64,000 bases of DNA from Alphaproteobacteria bacterium (lineage in GTDB: Bacteria; Pseudomonadota; Alphaproteobacteria; UBA828). The notes below the pieces were generated by a model that saw only the letters and a program-made list of their open reading frames with translations, ran no database searches and was not told where the DNA came from. Location: the NCBI GenBank assembly GCA_963422645.2, contig CAXXVO010000021.1, forward strand, positions 32,001 to 96,000, in the 5' to 3' direction. Positions within the stretch are counted from its first letter, which is position 1, and each line of letters starts with the position of its first letter. Both the position numbers and the translations under genes were made by a program. Shown one piece after another: positions 60,756 through 64,000 of the stretch.

Positions 60756-62576
60756 AAACGACACCTCCAGCTCGTCGACGAAGCCTGCGATCACGTCGAG
60801 GCCCAGGGACCAGAACGCGGGCTTGCTCGCGTCGAGACCGAAGGGGGCCAACAGCTCGCGGTGGCGAAGGCTGCCGCCGGCCCGCAGCATGTCGAGATAC
60901 TTCTGCTCGAAGCCCGCAGGCGCAGCGCGATAGACCCCGTAGAGCGCATTCACCAGGCACTCGCCGAAGGCGTAGGCATAGACGTAGAAGGGCGCGTGGA
61001 TGAAGTGGGGGATGTAGGTCCAGTAGTGCCGGTACTCGTCGTGGAAACGGAGCGCCGGGCCCAGGCTCTCGCGCTGCACCGCGAGCCAGTGCTCGGAGAG
61101 GCGATCGGGCGTGAGCTCGCCTGAGCGGCGCTCCTCGTGCACGCGGCGTTCGAAGGCGCAGAAGGCGACCTGGCGCACCACCGTGTTCAGCATGTCCTCG
61201 ACCTTGCCGGCGAGCATGACCCGGCGGCGCTGAGGCTCGCTCTCGCTATTGAGGAGCGCGCGGAAGGTGAGCTGCTCGCCGAAGACCGAGGCGGTCTCGG
61301 CCAGCGTCAGCGGGGTCTCCGCCATCAAGAGGCCCTGCCCGCCCGCCAGCACCTGATGCACCCCGTGGCCGAGCTCGTGGGCCAGGATCATCACGTCGCG
61401 CGTCTTGCCCTGGTAGTTGAGCAGCAGGTAGGGGTGCGCGCCCGGCACCGTGGGATGAGCGAAGGCGCCCGGAGACTTGCCGTTGCGGACCGGCGCGTCG
61501 ATCCAGTCATTGTCGAAGAAGCGCCGGCCGATGCCTCCAAGCTCGGGAGAGAAGGCGCGGTAAGCCGCGAGCACGGTCTCCACCGCCTCGTCCCAGCCGA
61601 TAAGCCGATCGTCGTCTTCCGGCAGCGGCGCGGTGCGGTCCCAATAGTCGAGGCGGTCCACGCCCATCCAGCGCGCCTTGAGCCCGTAGTAGCGATGGGC
61701 GAGACGCGGCGCTGAGTCTTCGACGGCCGCAATCAGCGCGTCCACCACCTCGTCTTCCACCCGGTTGCCGAGATTGCGGGCGGAGATGGGCCGCTCGAAG
61801 CCGCGCCACTGGTCCTCGATTTCCTTGTCCTTGGCGAGCGTGTTGGTGATGAGCGCGAAGGTGCGAACGTTCTCGCCGAGCACGGTTCCCAAAGCCTGCG
61901 CCGCCTCCTTGCGTACCTCGCGCTCCTTGTCCGAGAGCAGGTTGAGCGCGTCCGCGCTGGTGAGCGCCTCGCCGCACACGGGGAAGCGCAGCGCCGCCAT
62001 GGTCTCGTCGAAGAGGCGCATCCAGGCCGAGCGGCCTGCGACCTGCTTCTCGTGCAGGAAGCGCTCCACCTCGTCCGACAGCTGGAAGGGACGGAACGCC
62101 CGCACGTCCCGCACCCAGGGCGCGTAGCGGGCGAGCGCGGGGGCCTGCAGCTTGTCTGCGAGCGCGTCGTCCTCGATCCGGTTGAGCTCGAGCGTGAGGA
62201 AGAGCAGCCGGCTGCCGATGGCGGTGGTCTCTTCCCGCACGGTCTGGAAAAACTGTGCCGTCTTGGCGTCGTCCATCGCCGTGCAGTAGACGAGATAGGC
62301 GTAGCTGGTGAGCCGCTCCAAGGTCTCCTGGATTGCCTCGTAGCGCGCGATCAGGCCGCCCAGGACCTCGCCGTCGAGGCTCGCGACACGGCCCGCGAAT
62401 TCTTCGTGCAGCGCCTCGGCCGCCGCAGCCGCCTGATCCAGATCGCGCCTGAGCGCGTCCGAGTCAGGGGCAGGGTAGAGGTCGGAGAGGTCCCACCCAG
62501 GCGGAGCGGCGTCGCTCTGCGCCTCCGCCGCCGCGGTGTCGTGCCCTCGCATCGCCCGCTCCCTCATCGTCGTCAC
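60753..62576 (-). CDS. pepF: M3 family oligoendopeptidase F
   Basis: WDLSDLY, HELGH, LAETASVFGE, FYVYAYAFG. Confidence 0.93.
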   Translation of the reverse strand: MTTMRERAMRGHDTAAAEAQSDAAPPGWDLSDLYPAPDSDALRRDLDQAAAAAEALHEEFAGRVASLDGEVLGGLIARYEAIQETLERLTSYAYLVYCTAMDDAKTAQFFQTVREETTAIGSRLLFLTLELNRIEDDALADKLQAPALARYAPWVRDVRAFRPFQLSDEVERFLHEKQVAGRSAWMRLFDETMAALRFPVCGEALTSADALNLLSDKEREVRKEAAQALGTVLGENVRTFALITNTLAKDKEIEDQWRGFERPISARNLGNRVEDEVVDALIAAVEDSAPRLAHRYYGLKARWMGVDRLDYWDRTAPLPEDDDRLIGWDEAVETVLAAYRAFSPELGGIGRRFFDNDWIDAPVRNGKSPGAFAHPTVPGAHPYLLLNYQGKTRDVMILAHELGHGVHQVLAGGQGLLMAETPLTLAETASVFGEQLTFRALLNSESEPQRRRVMLAGKVEDMLNTVVRQVAFCAFERRVHEERRSGELTPDRLSEHWLAVQRESLGPALRFHDEYRHYWTYIPHFIHAPFYVYAYAFGECLVNALYGVYRAAPAGFEQKYLDMLRAGGSLRHRELLAPFGLDASKPAFWSLGLDVIAGFVDELEVSF

Positions 62577-63373
62577 CGGCTGCGGTCGAAAGTGGGCTTG
62601 CGGCGCTCGCGGAAGGCCGCGAGCCCTTCGCGATGATCGGCGGAGACGTTGGTAAGCGTCTCGTAGGCGATGGAGGCGTCCATCATCCCATGCGCGAGCT
62701 GCTTGAGGCCGACGTTGATCGAGACCTTGGTGAGCCGGATCGCCTGGGTGGCGCCTCTCTCCAGCTTGCCCACCATGCGCTCGACGCGGGCATCGAGCTC
62801 GCCCGCCGGCACCGCTTCGTTCACGAGGCCCAGGGCCGCGGCTTCGGCGCCCCCGATCAACTTGCCGGTCATCAGGAACTCCTTGGCGCGCGGGTAGCCG
62901 ATGAGCTGGGGCCAGATGATCGCCCCGCCGTCGCCCGCCGAGAGCCCGATGTCGACGTGCAGATCGCCGATCCGCGCCTCCTCGGCGGCGATGATGATGT
63001 CGCAGAAGAGCGCGACCGTGGCCCCGAGCCCCACCGCATCGCCGTTCAGGCGGCAGATCACAGGCTTCTCCAGGTCGAGCAGGCCGAACACGATCTGCTT
63101 CGCCTCGACGGCGATCCCGTCGAAAACCGTCGGGTCATCGACCGCGCCCTGGAGCCAGTCGATGTCGCCGCCGGCGCAGAAGGCGCGGCCCGCGCCTGTC
63201 AGCACGACGATGTCGGTCTCGCGGTCGGCGGCGATGTCGTAGAAGAGCCGCGCCATCTCGGCGTGCATGGCTGCGTTCACGGCGTTGAGCACGTCGGGCC
63301 GGTTGAGCGTCACGGTGAGCACGCGGCGTTCGCGCGCGAAGGTCATCGTGGTGTAGCCGTCGTAGCCCTTCAT
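62573..63373 (-). CDS. Enoyl-CoA hydratase/isomerase family protein
   Basis: LNRPDVLNA, AFCAGGD, GDAVGLGA, EGLAAFRERRKP. Confidence 0.9.
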   Translation of the reverse strand: MKGYDGYTTMTFARERRVLTVTLNRPDVLNAVNAAMHAEMARLFYDIAADRETDIVVLTGAGRAFCAGGDIDWLQGAVDDPTVFDGIAVEAKQIVFGLLDLEKPVICRLNGDAVGLGATVALFCDIIIAAEEARIGDLHVDIGLSAGDGGAIIWPQLIGYPRAKEFLMTGKLIGGAEAAALGLVNEAVPAGELDARVERMVGKLERGATQAIRLTKVSINVGLKQLAHGMMDASIAYETLTNVSADHREGLAAFRERRKPTFDRSR

Positions 63374-63444
63374 GCTCGTCTCCCGTGGTGCACGCCGGCG
63401 CGAGGGTGTCAGCAGGCCGGCGCGAACGCAATGCGGCGAGCACA

Positions 63445-63617
63445 AGAGCGCTTCCGTTTCATAGGGAATCGCTCTTGCATTTTATCGCTCACGGCAGCCG
63501 GCTCTTATTGGATCCCGCGCGCCTTGCGGCGCGACCCGGCACCTGCGCGGGCGCGCCGCAGGAGCGGCGGGCCGCAGTCGCGGCCTGTCGCGCGTCCGTC
63601 AAGGTCGGACGTGCTCT
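63445..63617. repeat. MITE-like dispersed repeat, family A copy 2
   Basis: Shares AGAGCG..CCGTTTCA..GGAA.CGCTCT, TCGCTCACGGCAGCCGGC and GCCTGTCGCGCGTCCGTCAA.GTCGGACG.GCTCT with 27536-27683; about 25 bp extra internally. Confidence 0.78.
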
Positions 63618-63698
63618 GGCTCGGATTTCTCCCCGTGGTAAGAAACGCGGGCTGGAGGGCTGGCCGCTGGATCGGCGCGGGCAACGAGAGGGAGTTCG

Positions 63699-64000
63699 AT
63701 GAGGGACCGTACCGTCCTGATTACCAACGTGGAGCATTTCGTGGGCCGGCCCGTCGCGGCCGAGCTCGCCGCCCAGGGTGCGACGGTGATCTGTCACGAC
63801 GAGAGCTTCGCCGATGCCGCAGCGGCGGAGCGCTTCGCGACAGCCAATCCCACGCTCGCCGTCGTCCGCGCGCAATCGCCGGTCGAGATCGTGGCGGCCG
63901 CGACCGAGCGCTATGGTCGCGTCGACGTGGTCATCTGCAACGACGCCGGCGCCGCGATCCGCGCGCCCATCGAGCGGGCGAGAGTCGACGACATGCGGTC
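63699..64000 (+). CDS. SDR-fold protein, probable halohydrin dehalogenase (partial, runs off window; not in ORF track)
   Basis: MRDRTVLITNVEHFVG has T-x4-F-x-G instead of TGxxxGxG; TVICHDESFAD resembles HheA; RBS GAGGGAG. Confidence 0.72.
   Translation, partial: MRDRTVLITNVEHFVGRPVAAELAAQGATVICHDESFADAAAAERFATANPTLAVVRAQSPVEIVAAATERYGRVDVVICNDAGAAIRAPIERARVDDMR

Overview
High-GC alphaproteobacterial chromosomal window (Rhodospirillales-like gene content; inference). Housekeeping and metabolic genes occupy about 1-30 kb and 60.7-64 kb: sugar-type ABC transporter, pckA, pepA-holC, ggt, tRNA-His, hpnB-like glycosyltransferase, opine/D-amino-acid oxidase-like trio, gshA, rsmE, pepF, enoyl-CoA hydratase and a partial halohydrin-dehalogenase-like gene. 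Three mobile-DNA structures can be resolved to the base. (1) An IS1634-family IS is flanked by a 376-bp target duplication that leaves an intact pckA downstream. (2) A triple nest holds IS1595 inside a methyltransferase-carrying IS66 inside another IS66, each with its own 8-bp TSD. (3) A ~30.5-kb tyrosine-integrase island (30278-60746) is bounded by an 11-bp direct repeat GTGGTGAGAAA that lies inside the terminal inverted repeat of a ~270-bp palindromic MITE-like repeat, so the island appears to use a repeat element rather than a tRNA as attB. The island carries a 4-ORF IS21-family transposon (Zn-finger ORF, istA, istB, Toprim-like ORF), a tightly coupled 8-gene VapBC-type I RM-Vsr-Dcm-MORC/histidine-kinase defence operon, a decayed traN, and leading-region-like genes (ssb, Zn-ribbon repeat protein, NADAR, HU fusion, two paralogous unknown small ORFs). 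No CRISPR array or rRNA was seen. All calls are by eye from motifs; no database search was run.
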